A DNA stretch of 64,000 nucleotides, taken from an uncultured Acidobacteriota bacterium. Its GTDB lineage: Bacteria > Acidobacteriota > Thermoanaerobaculia > Multivoradales > SZUA-115. The notes under the pieces were generated by a model. It ran no database searches. It had not been told where the DNA came from and saw nothing but the letters and a program-made list of their open reading frames with translations. Position numbers and translations under genes: made by a program. Positions 1 through 8,912 of this stretch are shown piece by piece. How positions within the stretch are numbered: the stretch's first letter is position 1; every line of letters starts with the position of its first letter. The DNA is taken from the NCBI GenBank assembly GCA_963805975.1, contig CAWDVR010000001.1, forward strand, positions 832,001 to 896,000, in the 5' to 3' direction.

Positions 1-1825
1 CGATCCACCGGATGCGGTGGTTGAGCCGATCGGCGAAGTAGAGGCCGCCGGCCTGGTCGAAGGCGATCGAGGTCGGCCCCTGGAGGCGGGCGTCGCGCGC
101 GGGCCCGCCGTCGCCGCCGAACCCGGCCTCGCCAGTGCCGGCCACGGTCGAGAGGCGGCCCTGCGCATCCACCTTGCGGAGCGAGTGGTCCGCCTCGCAG
201 GAGATGTAGATCTCCCCGGTCCCCGGATGGCGGGCGGCGCGCAACGGCCCGGCCAGGCGCGTCGCGGTCGCCGCCCGGCCCTCCGCGAACACGGTCGCGC
301 CCAGGTCGCCGGCGAAGGTGGCGACCCGCAGGCCGTCGTTGGTCATGCTCACCCGGCGGACCAGGTTCGCCCACTGGTCGGTGATGTAGAAGTTCCAGTC
401 GCCGTCGAGCAGGATGTCGGTGGGCCGGGAGAGCTCGGCGAGATGCGGCGGCCCGCCGTCACCGCCGCTGCCCGGCGTGCCGGTCCCCATCAGGGTTTCC
501 ACCACGCGCTCCGCCATCAGGATGCGGCGCACGGCGTGATTGCCGGCATCGGCCAGGAAGACGTTGCCGAAAGCGTCGACGGCCACCGGTCCGAGCTCGG
601 AGAACTCGGCCTCCTTGAGCGGCACGCGGCTCGGCGCCGCGGCGCCCCCGGCGAAAGTGGTCGCCCGGCCCCCGGCGACCACCAGCACCCGGTGGTTGGC
701 TTCGTCGGCGAGGTAGATCACGTCGCCGCGGCCGATCGCGACGCTGCCCAGCCGAGCCTCCTCGCGACCGGCGGTGAAGATCACGCGGTCCTCGCCTCCC
801 CGATCGACCACGTGCAGCGAGCCGTCGAGGCGGTTGGAGTAGACGATCTCCTGCGTCGAGGTGATCCCCAGGCCGGCGATCGAGCCCCCAGCCGCCGGCC
901 GGCTGGCGGCCACGGTCCCGATCCGGCCGGTCAGCCGGTCGATCTTGCGGATGCGCCCGTTGCCGGAGTCGAGCACGTACACGTTGCCGGTGGCATCGAG
1001 GTCGAGCTCGGTGGGAAAGGAGAGCAGGGCCTCGCGGGCCTGCCCGCCGTCGCCCGCGAGCCCGGCGGCGCCGGTGCCGGCGACGGTGCGGATCTCGCCC
1101 GGCCGCACCTCCACGGCGCAGACCACCACCGGCGAGGTTCCGCGGTTGACCACGCGGACGCGGTGGTTGCCCGAGTCGGCTAGAAAGAGGATGCCGAGGC
1201 CGTCGACGGCGACCCCGGAGGGGTAGTTGAGCTCGGCGTCCACCGCCGCGCCGCCGTCGCCGCTGAAGTGGCCGCGGGCGATCGTCTCGGCGGTGGCCGG
1301 CTCGCTGGGGAGGCTCTCGGGGGCGACCCCGCGCACCCCCAGGCCGGCGACGGTACGCACCCGCTGGCCGTCCGCGGCGACCGCCCGGATGCGATGGTTC
1401 TGGGTGTCGGCGACGAAGATCTCGCCGGTCCGCGGGTCGAGGGCGAGGGCCGACGGCGCGTGGAACGAGGTCTCGAGGCCGGGCCTGCCGTCGCCGTTGA
1501 AGCCGGCGCTCTCGCGTCCGGCCCAGGGCGTCACTGTGGACTCGGTACCGGTACCTTCGGCACCGGTTCCTCCGGGCTCGATGCGGAACACCATCCCGCG
1601 GGAGGTGTCGAGCACGTAGAGGGCGCCGGAGAAGAGGTCGGCGGTCAGCCCGGTGGCACCGTAGAAAGCCAGACCGCCGGCCGCGAGGCTCGCCGGCAGG
1701 GCACGCCCCCCGGCCACGGTGGCGATGATGCCGGGGCGCAGGCTCCGCCACGGCGGGCTGGGCAACGCAGCCAGTTGCAGGAGGCAGAGGAGACAGGCTC
1801 CCAGGAGCAGGCAACGGCCGCGCAC
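1..1825 (-). CDS. Secreted NHL-repeat (teneurin-like) beta-propeller protein, 3' end runs off the window
   Basis: Not in the ORF track. Manual translation from GTG at 1825 (AAAGGAGG upstream) gives signal-like MRGRCLLLGACLLCLLQLAAL, then repeated NHL motifs (FVADTQNHRIR, GDGGAAVDAELNYPSGVAVD, FLADSGNHRVR, GDGGPARDARLQGPTSIAFD). Frame stays open to the window edge. Confidence 0.85.
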   Translation of the reverse strand, partial: MRGRCLLLGACLLCLLQLAALPSPPWRSLRPGIIATVAGGRALPASLAAGGLAFYGATGLTADLFSGALYVLDTSRGMVFRIEPGGTGAEGTGTESTVTPWAGRESAGFNGDGRPGLETSFHAPSALALDPRTGEIFVADTQNHRIRAVAADGQRVRTVAGLGVRGVAPESLPSEPATAETIARGHFSGDGGAAVDAELNYPSGVAVDGLGILFLADSGNHRVRVVNRGTSPVVVCAVEVRPGEIRTVAGTGAAGLAGDGGQAREALLSFPTELDLDATGNVYVLDSGNGRIRKIDRLTGRIGTVAASRPAAGGSIAGLGITSTQEIVYSNRLDGSLHVVDRGGEDRVIFTAGREEARLGSVAIGRGDVIYLADEANHRVLVVAGGRATTFAGGAAAPSRVPLKEAEFSELGPVAVDAFGNVFLADAGNHAVRRILMAERVVETLMGTGTPGSGGDGGPPHLAELSRPTDILLDGDWNFYITDQWANLVRRVSMTNDGLRVATFAGDLGATVFAEGRAATATRLAGPLRAARHPGTGEIYISCEADHSLRKVDAQGRLSTVAGTGEAGFGGDGGPARDARLQGPTSIAFDQAGGLYFADRLNHRIRWI

Positions 1826-2130
1826 CGGGCCTCCTTTCGCCAAGGCAGGTTTCGAGAAGGTAGCAGGGCCCAGGAGACATTCTCCGGGCGCGCCTTGCTC
1901 GAGGTCTTATCCGCCCTTGCGCGGGCTCCCCGGACCGTGCGATGCGGCGGTCGAAGCGGCGGCGCAATCCTGGAGGTGACAGTCATGGCCCTCCTTGCAT
2001 ACCTTGCTCACTCAGGACGAGTGCTCGAAAAACCGCCGGTGGTGCAGTCGAAGCGTCGGAGGCGACGCACTGTTCGCGAGCGTTGCGCGGAGTGGGCTCC
2101 GCGCGGCGCTGCGGAACGAGGAGGCAATCG

Positions 2131-2973
2131 ATGAGAACAGTCGGGTTCGGTAGCGCGCTCAAAGCCGTCCTCGTTCTCGGCCTGCTCCTGGCGCCGATGG
2201 CGATCGGCGACGAGGTGCCGGAGAAGGCTCTCTGGGATCAATGGACCAAGAAGCTGAACACCATCGACCAGCAGCTCAAGGCGGGCCAGTGGGACGCCGC
2301 CGGCCCGCTGGCCCGGGCACTTTCCGATCAGATGGCGAACGGCAGCGGCGGCACCCTCGGCTACAAGCGGATCTACGCCGACCAGCTCGACGGCGCCCGC
2401 ATCGGCCAGGGCTACCTCGCGGAGGCGATGGCGCTCGGGCGCGTGGGCGCCTATCTCGCGCTCTGCAATGCGGCCGAGGGCAAGGAGCAGGAGGCCCGCT
2501 GGTACTGGTACGCGGCGCAGAACCTCGACAACCGCTGGATCGCGACCGACCTGACGGCCTACGGCAAGCCCGGAGCCTTCCTCGCCAAGCACCGCATCAA
2601 GCCACGGGACGAGCAGCACCCCGAGGTGGACGTGCTCGATCCGATCGTGCCCGAGGGCGCCAAGAAGGCCCGCTTCCAGGAGCCGGAGCGCACGCACGTC
2701 GTCTATCCGCTCCGGCCGCACGACCTCGCTGGCCTCGACCGCTTCTCGGAGGCCCTGTTCGTCCAGGTGACGGTGGAGCAGGACGGAACCCTCACCCAGC
2801 CGGTGCTGGTCGACGGCTACGAGTATCCCAGCCTGATGTACAAGGTTTTCGAAGCGATGAGCGGCTGGCGGTATCGCCCGGCCACCTACGACGGCAAGGC
2901 GATCCCCTTCCGCTACGTGGTTCCCGTGGTGTTCAAGGACGACCGCCCCGAACAGTCAGCGGTCTTCTTCTGA
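2131..2973 (+). CDS. Secreted protein with C-terminal TonB-C-like domain
   Basis: ATG at 2131 after GAGGAGG; signal peptide; C-terminus VQVTVEQDGTL...WRYRPATYDGKAIP...VVFK resembles TonB_C. Confidence 0.7.
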   Translation: MRTVGFGSALKAVLVLGLLLAPMAIGDEVPEKALWDQWTKKLNTIDQQLKAGQWDAAGPLARALSDQMANGSGGTLGYKRIYADQLDGARIGQGYLAEAMALGRVGAYLALCNAAEGKEQEARWYWYAAQNLDNRWIATDLTAYGKPGAFLAKHRIKPRDEQHPEVDVLDPIVPEGAKKARFQEPERTHVVYPLRPHDLAGLDRFSEALFVQVTVEQDGTLTQPVLVDGYEYPSLMYKVFEAMSGWRYRPATYDGKAIPFRYVVPVVFKDDRPEQSAVFF

Positions 2974-3000
2974 AAGCTCTGAAAGGAAAAGGAGTCTGCG

Positions 3001-3579
3001 ATGAGAAAGCTCACTCTTCTCTGCCTCGTTGCGGTGGCCGTCGTTAGCCTGGTCACGGCCTCGGCCTACGCGCACAAATGCACCACCTGTCCCTCGTTCA
3101 AGAACACCAAGTCGCTAGCCGGCCAGAACCTGGCCAAGCTCCAGGGCTGCTGGCGGGGCACCAGCCGTGACGGCGTGCGCTCGGAGGTGTCCTTCGAGAT
3201 GGGCAGCGACGGCACGGCGCTGCTCGAGACGCAGTGGGTGGACGACTACCCGCCGGTCTACACCATGTACTACATGGACGGCAGCGGCATCTCGGCCCAT
3301 CACTTCTGCTCGATGGGCAACCAGGTCCGGATGAAGGGCAGCGCGGCCGCCGACGGCGGCATGCTGAGCTTCCGCTACCTGGACTCGACGAACATGCCGA
3401 GCGCCAACCAGCCGCACATGACGGGCGTGGTCATGAAGTTCGGGGACAGCAGCCACATCACGATGGAATGGGCCTCGTTCTGCGACGGCGGCGACGGCGA
3501 CGAGATCAACTCGTTCAGCTACGAGCGCGTCACCACCGGCTGCACGGTCGGTTCCGCCAAGAGCTGGTCTCAGAAGTAA
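3001..3579 (+). CDS. Secreted Cys/His-motif hypothetical protein, paralogue 1
   Basis: SD AAGGAG; signal peptide ending AYA; motifs CTTCPSF, LQGCWRG, AHHFCSMGNQVR, PHMTG. Confidence 0.8.
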   Translation: MRKLTLLCLVAVAVVSLVTASAYAHKCTTCPSFKNTKSLAGQNLAKLQGCWRGTSRDGVRSEVSFEMGSDGTALLETQWVDDYPPVYTMYYMDGSGISAHHFCSMGNQVRMKGSAAADGGMLSFRYLDSTNMPSANQPHMTGVVMKFGDSSHITMEWASFCDGGDGDEINSFSYERVTTGCTVGSAKSWSQK

Positions 3580-3710
3580 GCTCCGAGAGAGCCCGGCACG
3601 CGGCGGAGCGCGCCGGGCCTCGAAACCTGCCGCCGGGGCGAAGCCGGCACGGCGAGCCCCGGACCCAGCCGGTGCCGGTCGAGAGCTCTGAAGACGAAAA
3701 GGAGCCTGGG

Positions 3711-4295
3711 ATGAAGAAGCTCACTGTTCTCTGCCTCGTTGCGGTGGCCGTCGTCGGCCTGGTGACGGCCTCGGCTCACGCGCACAAATGCACCACCTGC
3801 CCCTCCTTCAAGAGCACCAAGTCGCTCGCCGCCCAGAACCTGGCGTCGCTTCAGGGCTGCTGGCGCGGCGCCAGCCGCGAGGGCGTGCGCTCGGAGGTCT
3901 CCTACGAGATGGGCAGTGACGGCACGGTGCTGCTCGAGACGCAGTGGGTGGACGGCTACCCACCGGTCCACACCGTCTACTACATGGATGGCACGGACCT
4001 CGCGGCCCACCACTTCTGCTCGATAGGCAACCAGGTGCGCCTGCGGGCGAAGTCCTCTCGCGAAGGCCGTCGGATCGATTTCCAGTTCCAGGATTCGACC
4101 AACGTGCAACGGCCTCGCCGCAAGCAGCCGCACATGACCGGCACCACGGTACAGTTCCAGGGCAAGGACCACATCACGGTCGACTGGGCTCTGTCCTGCG
4201 GCGACGGCACCGGCCTGATCACGAATACCTTCACCTACCAGCGGGTGGTCGAGGGCTGCAAGGTCGACACCCTCAAGCGCTGGTCGGAGAGGTAG
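3711..4295 (+). CDS. Secreted Cys/His-motif hypothetical protein, paralogue 2 (tandem duplicate)
   Basis: ATG at 3711 after AAGGAG; N-terminal half near-identical to 3001-3579 in both DNA and protein. Confidence 0.8.
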   Translation: MKKLTVLCLVAVAVVGLVTASAHAHKCTTCPSFKSTKSLAAQNLASLQGCWRGASREGVRSEVSYEMGSDGTVLLETQWVDGYPPVHTVYYMDGTDLAAHHFCSIGNQVRLRAKSSREGRRIDFQFQDSTNVQRPRRKQPHMTGTTVQFQGKDHITVDWALSCGDGTGLITNTFTYQRVVEGCKVDTLKRWSER

Positions 4296-4377
4296 GCCTG
4301 GAACTCGGCGCGCTCGCCGCCGCGCCTGACCGCCGGCGCGATGCGAGCAGAACGGCTGGCCCATCCTGGGCTGATCC

Positions 4378-6828
4378 ATGAAGGGGCTCGCCAAGGATCT
4401 CGCGCTCGCGCTCCGCGCGCTCCGCCGCCGGCCCGGTCTCACGCTCGCGGCGGTCCTCTCCCTGGCCTTGGGGCTCGGCTCGAGCATCGCGATCTTCCGC
4501 TTGGTGAGCGCCGCCTTCTTCCGGCCGCTCGGGGTGGGGGAGCCGGCCTCGGTGGTCGCGGTCTACGTCGCCCGCCAGCAGCGGCCGGACGACTACCTTT
4601 CGATCTCCTATCCCAACTTCCTGGATCTGGCCGAGGGCCAGCGCACGCTCTCGTCCTTCGCCGCCTACCAGTGGCTGCGGGTCACCCTGCTCGAAGGCGA
4701 GAGCACTAAGCGGAGCTACATCCAGATCGTGCGGCGTGAGTTCTTCGACGCCCTCGGCGTCCGGCCCGCCCTGGGCCGGCTGTGGGAGCCGGCCCAGGAT
4801 GCGCCGGCGGGCGGTTCGCCGATCGCCGTGCTGTCGCACGACTTCTGGCGGCGCGAGCTGGGCAGCGACCCGGCCGTGCTCGGCAAGACCGTCCGCGTCG
4901 CCGAGCGGGCACTGACCGTGGTGGCGGTGATGCCCCCGGGGTTCAAGGGCACCCGCACCTTCACCGGCGCCGAGCTCTGGGTGCCGATGGGCTACTACGC
5001 CGAGGTGTCGCCCTACGCCGCGGACTTCCACGAGCGCGGGGCGCAGATGTTCGAGATGGTCGGCCGCCTGCGCCCCGGCGTCTCCCTGCACGAGGCGGAG
5101 CTCGACCTCCAGGCCGGAGCCGCGCGGCTGGCCGGCCAGTACCCGGAGGTCAATCGGGAGCAGGGCATCCGGATCTTCCCGCTCTCCGAGACCGCCATCG
5201 AACCCTGGCAACGCCCGCTCTACGTGCGTGGCGCGATCATGATCGCGGGCGTGATGGGCCTCCTGCTGCTCATCGCCTGCGGCAACGTCGCGAGCCTGCT
5301 GCTGGCCCGCGGCCTCGAGCAGCGCCGCGAGGTCGCCATCCGCCTCTCGCTCGGCGCCGGCCGCGGCCCGCTGCTACGACAGCTCCTGGCGCAGAGCCTG
5401 CTGCTGTCCCTGGCCGGCGGCGCGCTCGGCCTGCTCCTGGGCCTGCGCGCCCCGGCACTCCTCTGGCGCTTCCGGCCGCCCGACTTCTTCACGGCGGACG
5501 CGTTGGACCTCAGCCTGGATGCCGAGGTTCTCTGGGTGACCCTGGCGCTGTCGCTCCTCACCGGCCTGGTGTTCGGCCTCGTGCCGGCGCTGCAGTCGAC
5601 CCGGCCACAGCTCGTGCAGGCGCTCAAGGAAGAGTCCGTGGCCGGCGCGGGGCGGCGCCGGATCGCGCTGCGCGATCTGCTGGTGGCCACCCAGGTGGCG
5701 CTCAGCTTCCTGGCGCTGGCCGGCGCCGGGCTGTTCGCCAAGAGCCTGGCGCGTGCGCACACGGTCGACCCCGGCTTCGAGGCGGACCGCATCCTGGTGC
5801 TCACCTACGGGCTCGCCGGCCAAGCCGGGAGCGCCGCCGAGCACGAGGGCCTGAACCAGCGGGTCCTCGACGGGTTGGCGAGCCTGCCCGGCGTCGAGCG
5901 CGCGGCTCTCTCCTCGTACCAACCGCTGACCGCGGGGCCTCCCGTCTACTGGCGCGTGGAGGCCGAGGGCGAGGCGCCCGCCGGGCAGCCCTCGCGCCGC
6001 ATGGTCATGACCACCGCGGTGACTCCCGGCTACTTCGCGACGCTCGGCATCCGCCTGCTCGCCGGCCGCGACCTCGGCGTGGCGGACCGACCCGGCACGC
6101 CGCTGGTCGCGGTGGTCAACGAGGTGCTGGCCCAGCGGCTGTGGCCGGAGGGCGACGCGGTGGGACGCCGGCTGCGGGTCGCCGAGAACGGCAGCGTGCT
6201 CGAGATCGTGGGGGTGGTGGCGGCCTCCAAGCACCACAGCGTCACCGAGGCGCCGCGCTCCGGCCTCTACCTGCCGCAGCAGCAGTGGCCGCGCCCGGAC
6301 GTGACCGTGCACCTGCGGACGGCGGGCGACCCGGCAGCGCTGATCCAGCCCGCGCGCCGGCGGCTGCAGGATCTCGCTCCGACCTTGACGCCCTACGCCG
6401 TGCAGCCGATGCGGTCCACGGTCAACGCCTCCCTGTGGGCGCAGCGCCTGGGGGCCGCCGTGCTCGGTCTCCTGGCGCTCCTGGCCCTGGTCCTGGCGGT
6501 GACGGGCGTCTACGCCGTGCTGTCCTACTCGGTCCGGCAGCGGTTCCGCGAGATGGCGATCCGCCTCGCCCTCGGCGCGCCGCCGGAGGCGGTGCTGAGG
6601 CTGGTGCTCCGGCGGGCGATGGTCGCCGTGGGAGTCGGGGTCCTCTGTGGCCTGGTCGTCGCCGTGGCCGCCGGGCGCTTCGTGGCGAGCCTGCTGTTCG
6701 GCATCCAGGCCAGCGATCCGCTGACTCTCGCCGAGATCGGCGTCCTGCTCGCCGCCGTGGCCCTCGCCGCCGGCTATGGCGCGGCGCGGCGGGCGACGCG
6801 CGTGGATCCGCGGGAGGCGCTGCGATGA
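4378..6828 (+). CDS. ABC transporter permease, MacB/FtsX duplicated (ADOP family)
   Basis: 816 aa; LSLALGLG N-terminus, LLLLIACGNVASLLLAR, RREVAIRLSLGA, REMAIRLALGA, C-terminal RVDPREALR. Confidence 0.92.
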   Translation: MKGLAKDLALALRALRRRPGLTLAAVLSLALGLGSSIAIFRLVSAAFFRPLGVGEPASVVAVYVARQQRPDDYLSISYPNFLDLAEGQRTLSSFAAYQWLRVTLLEGESTKRSYIQIVRREFFDALGVRPALGRLWEPAQDAPAGGSPIAVLSHDFWRRELGSDPAVLGKTVRVAERALTVVAVMPPGFKGTRTFTGAELWVPMGYYAEVSPYAADFHERGAQMFEMVGRLRPGVSLHEAELDLQAGAARLAGQYPEVNREQGIRIFPLSETAIEPWQRPLYVRGAIMIAGVMGLLLLIACGNVASLLLARGLEQRREVAIRLSLGAGRGPLLRQLLAQSLLLSLAGGALGLLLGLRAPALLWRFRPPDFFTADALDLSLDAEVLWVTLALSLLTGLVFGLVPALQSTRPQLVQALKEESVAGAGRRRIALRDLLVATQVALSFLALAGAGLFAKSLARAHTVDPGFEADRILVLTYGLAGQAGSAAEHEGLNQRVLDGLASLPGVERAALSSYQPLTAGPPVYWRVEAEGEAPAGQPSRRMVMTTAVTPGYFATLGIRLLAGRDLGVADRPGTPLVAVVNEVLAQRLWPEGDAVGRRLRVAENGSVLEIVGVVAASKHHSVTEAPRSGLYLPQQQWPRPDVTVHLRTAGDPAALIQPARRRLQDLAPTLTPYAVQPMRSTVNASLWAQRLGAAVLGLLALLALVLAVTGVYAVLSYSVRQRFREMAIRLALGAPPEAVLRLVLRRAMVAVGVGVLCGLVVAVAAGRFVASLLFGIQASDPLTLAEIGVLLAAVALAAGYGAARRATRVDPREALR

Positions 6829-8288
6829 CCGCGCGCCGGCGAATCGCACTTCTTTTCGCTCTTCTGGCCTGCCTCGCCGCGACGGGAGGCTGCCTCCACC
6901 AGCGGCCGTCGGCCCGCCCGGCGCCGGACCCCTCGGCCGCAGGCGGCGGCGAGGACTGGCCCCGCTTCCTGGGCCGCCGGGGGGACGGCAAGTCACTCGA
7001 GCGCGGCCTGCTCGCCGAGTGGCCGGCCGCAGGCCCTCCCGTGCTGTGGTCCAAGCCGGTCGGCCGCGGCTACAGCCAGGTGGCGGTGGCGCAGGGGCGC
7101 CTCTTCGTCTTCGAGCGGCGCGGGGACCAGGCGCGCCTGAGCTGCTGGCAGAGCGAGACCGGCGCCGAGCTGTGGCGCGCCGAGTACGCCACCGACTACA
7201 AGGGGCTGATCGAGGAGAAGGGCGGCCCGATGGCCAACCCGCTGGTGGACGGCGACCGCGTCTACACCTTCGGCGCCGAGGGCCGGCTGCGCTGCCACCG
7301 CGTGGAGGATGGGAACCTGCTCTGGGAGGTCGACACCGCCTCCCGCTTCGGCGTCGTCCAGAACCTCTACGGCGCCGGCTCGACGCCCTGGGTGGAAGGG
7401 GAGCTGCTGATCGCCATCATCGGTGGCAGCCCCCCCGGCAGCCCCGGCATCCACTCGGACAGGGTCGAGGGCAACGGCAGCGGCATCGTCGCCTTCGACA
7501 AGCGGACCGGCGAGGTGCGCTACCAGGTCTCGAACGAGCTGGCGAGCTACGCCAGCCCGCTGGTCGCCCCGGTCGGCGGCCGTCGTCTGGGCTTCGCCTT
7601 CACCCGCGGCGGGCTGCTGCTCTTCGAGCCACGGCTGGGAAAGGTACAGAGCTTTTTCCCCTGGCGCGACGTCGCCGGCAAGGGCGTCAACGCCGCGACG
7701 CCCGTGGTGGTGGACGACACGGTCTTCATCACCGAGGCCTACGGGCCCGGCGGCGCGCTGCTGCGCGTCGCGCCGGGCGGGTTGGAGCTGCTGTGGAAAG
7801 ATCCGCCGGGGCGCGGGCGCAGCCTGGCCGCGCACTGGTCCACGCCGCTCCATCACCGCGGGTATCTCTACGGGGTGAGCGGCCGCACCGCCGCCGAGGC
7901 CGAGCTCCGCGCGGTGGAGCTCCGCACGGGTCGGGTGGCGTGGCGGGAGAAGATCCGGAGCCTCGCGACGCTGCTCTACTTCGACGAGAAGCTCCTGGTG
8001 GTCACTGAGTACGGCCGCCTGATGCTCGTCGCGGCCCACCCCCGGCGCTTCGAGCTGCTGGCCGAGGCCGATCTGGGGGAGGAGAAGAAAGAGGCCGGCG
8101 CCGCCGAGGGCGAGCCGCCGGTGGCGCGGGCGCTGCTCAAGTACCCGGTGTGGAACGCGCCGGTGCTGGCGCACGGCCTGCTCTACGTGCGGGGGTGGGG
8201 GAGGCTGGTCTGTTTCGATCTGCGCGCCGGCGATCCTAGTGCCAGACGTCCGAATGGCGAACGTCACAGCCCTCGACCACCCGAGTGA
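6825..8288 (+). CDS. PQQ-binding-like beta-propeller lipoprotein
   Basis: ATGA overlap with the permease stop; lipobox-like signal (LAATGGC); DWPRFLG, GYSQVAV, ASYASP, NAATPVV, WNAPVLAHGLLYVRG. Confidence 0.85.
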   Translation: MTARRRIALLFALLACLAATGGCLHQRPSARPAPDPSAAGGGEDWPRFLGRRGDGKSLERGLLAEWPAAGPPVLWSKPVGRGYSQVAVAQGRLFVFERRGDQARLSCWQSETGAELWRAEYATDYKGLIEEKGGPMANPLVDGDRVYTFGAEGRLRCHRVEDGNLLWEVDTASRFGVVQNLYGAGSTPWVEGELLIAIIGGSPPGSPGIHSDRVEGNGSGIVAFDKRTGEVRYQVSNELASYASPLVAPVGGRRLGFAFTRGGLLLFEPRLGKVQSFFPWRDVAGKGVNAATPVVVDDTVFITEAYGPGGALLRVAPGGLELLWKDPPGRGRSLAAHWSTPLHHRGYLYGVSGRTAAEAELRAVELRTGRVAWREKIRSLATLLYFDEKLLVVTEYGRLMLVAAHPRRFELLAEADLGEEKKEAGAAEGEPPVARALLKYPVWNAPVLAHGLLYVRGWGRLVCFDLRAGDPSARRPNGERHSPRPPE

Positions 8289-8805
8289 AAGGAAAGAGCT
8301 GGCGCAGCTCTTTGTGGTTCTGGTGCAGGCCCCAGTCGATGTCCAGGTGGTCCGGGTCCCGGAAGGTGAAGTTGATGTAGGTCATGTGGTCGTCGTCTTC
8401 GCGGCTCTTGATGTTGGTGGCGTCGACGAAGGCGAAATGCAGAACCTTGGGGTCGGTCTGCGGCTGGGCCCGGAAACGGATCTGGCTGCCGTAGGAGCAG
8501 AAGTGGTGGATCATCGGCGTCTCGCCGTCGATATAGATGGCGGAGTACATGGGCACCTGGCCCTGCTGCTCCAGGTACTCGATGATCACCGTGCCGTCGC
8601 TCGACAGGTCGTAGGATACCCGCGAAGGCGCCCCCCAGGGGTTCTTACCCACCCAGCAGCCGTTGAGCGACGCGAGCAGCTTGATCGCCGGGGTGTTGGT
8701 GATCTTGAAGGAGGGGTTGCCGGGAAACTCCTGCGCCCGCGCCGCGGTGGAGGAGAGAGCGAGGGCGGCGGCGAAACCGAGCGCCGCGCAGGCGGTTTTT
8801 CTCAT
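8236..8805 (-). CDS. Secreted Cys/His-motif hypothetical protein, paralogue 3
   Basis: Signal ending ARA; PSFK, LNGCWVG, IHHFCSYGSQIR, DHMTY, RVVEGC align with paralogues 1 and 2. Confidence 0.8.
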   Translation of the reverse strand: MRKTACAALGFAAALALSSTAARAQEFPGNPSFKITNTPAIKLLASLNGCWVGKNPWGAPSRVSYDLSSDGTVIIEYLEQQGQVPMYSAIYIDGETPMIHHFCSYGSQIRFRAQPQTDPKVLHFAFVDATNIKSREDDDHMTYINFTFRDPDHLDIDWGLHQNHKELRQLFPFTRVVEGCDVRHSDVWH

Positions 8806-8912
8806 GCGTCACCTCTGGCCCCAACTATGCGGACCGGGGGCCTCCGAGTCTTATCCGAGGTTGCGGAGCTCCTGCCGCGAGGCCGACGGCAGGCCATCGC
8901 GCAAGCAGGGAG

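Noticed and set aside
17-1967. Track ORFs 17-1183 (+) and 459-1967 (-)
   Set aside because: Shadow frames; the real gene is the NHL protein in another minus frame that runs off the window.
3074-3095. HKCTTC as a c-type heme-binding motif
   Set aside because: CxxCH requires His after the second Cys; here it is CTTCP.
4782-8288. 1168-aa ORF suggesting a large fusion
   Set aside because: The first ~680 codons are an off-frame shadow of the permease; the real gene starts at 6825.
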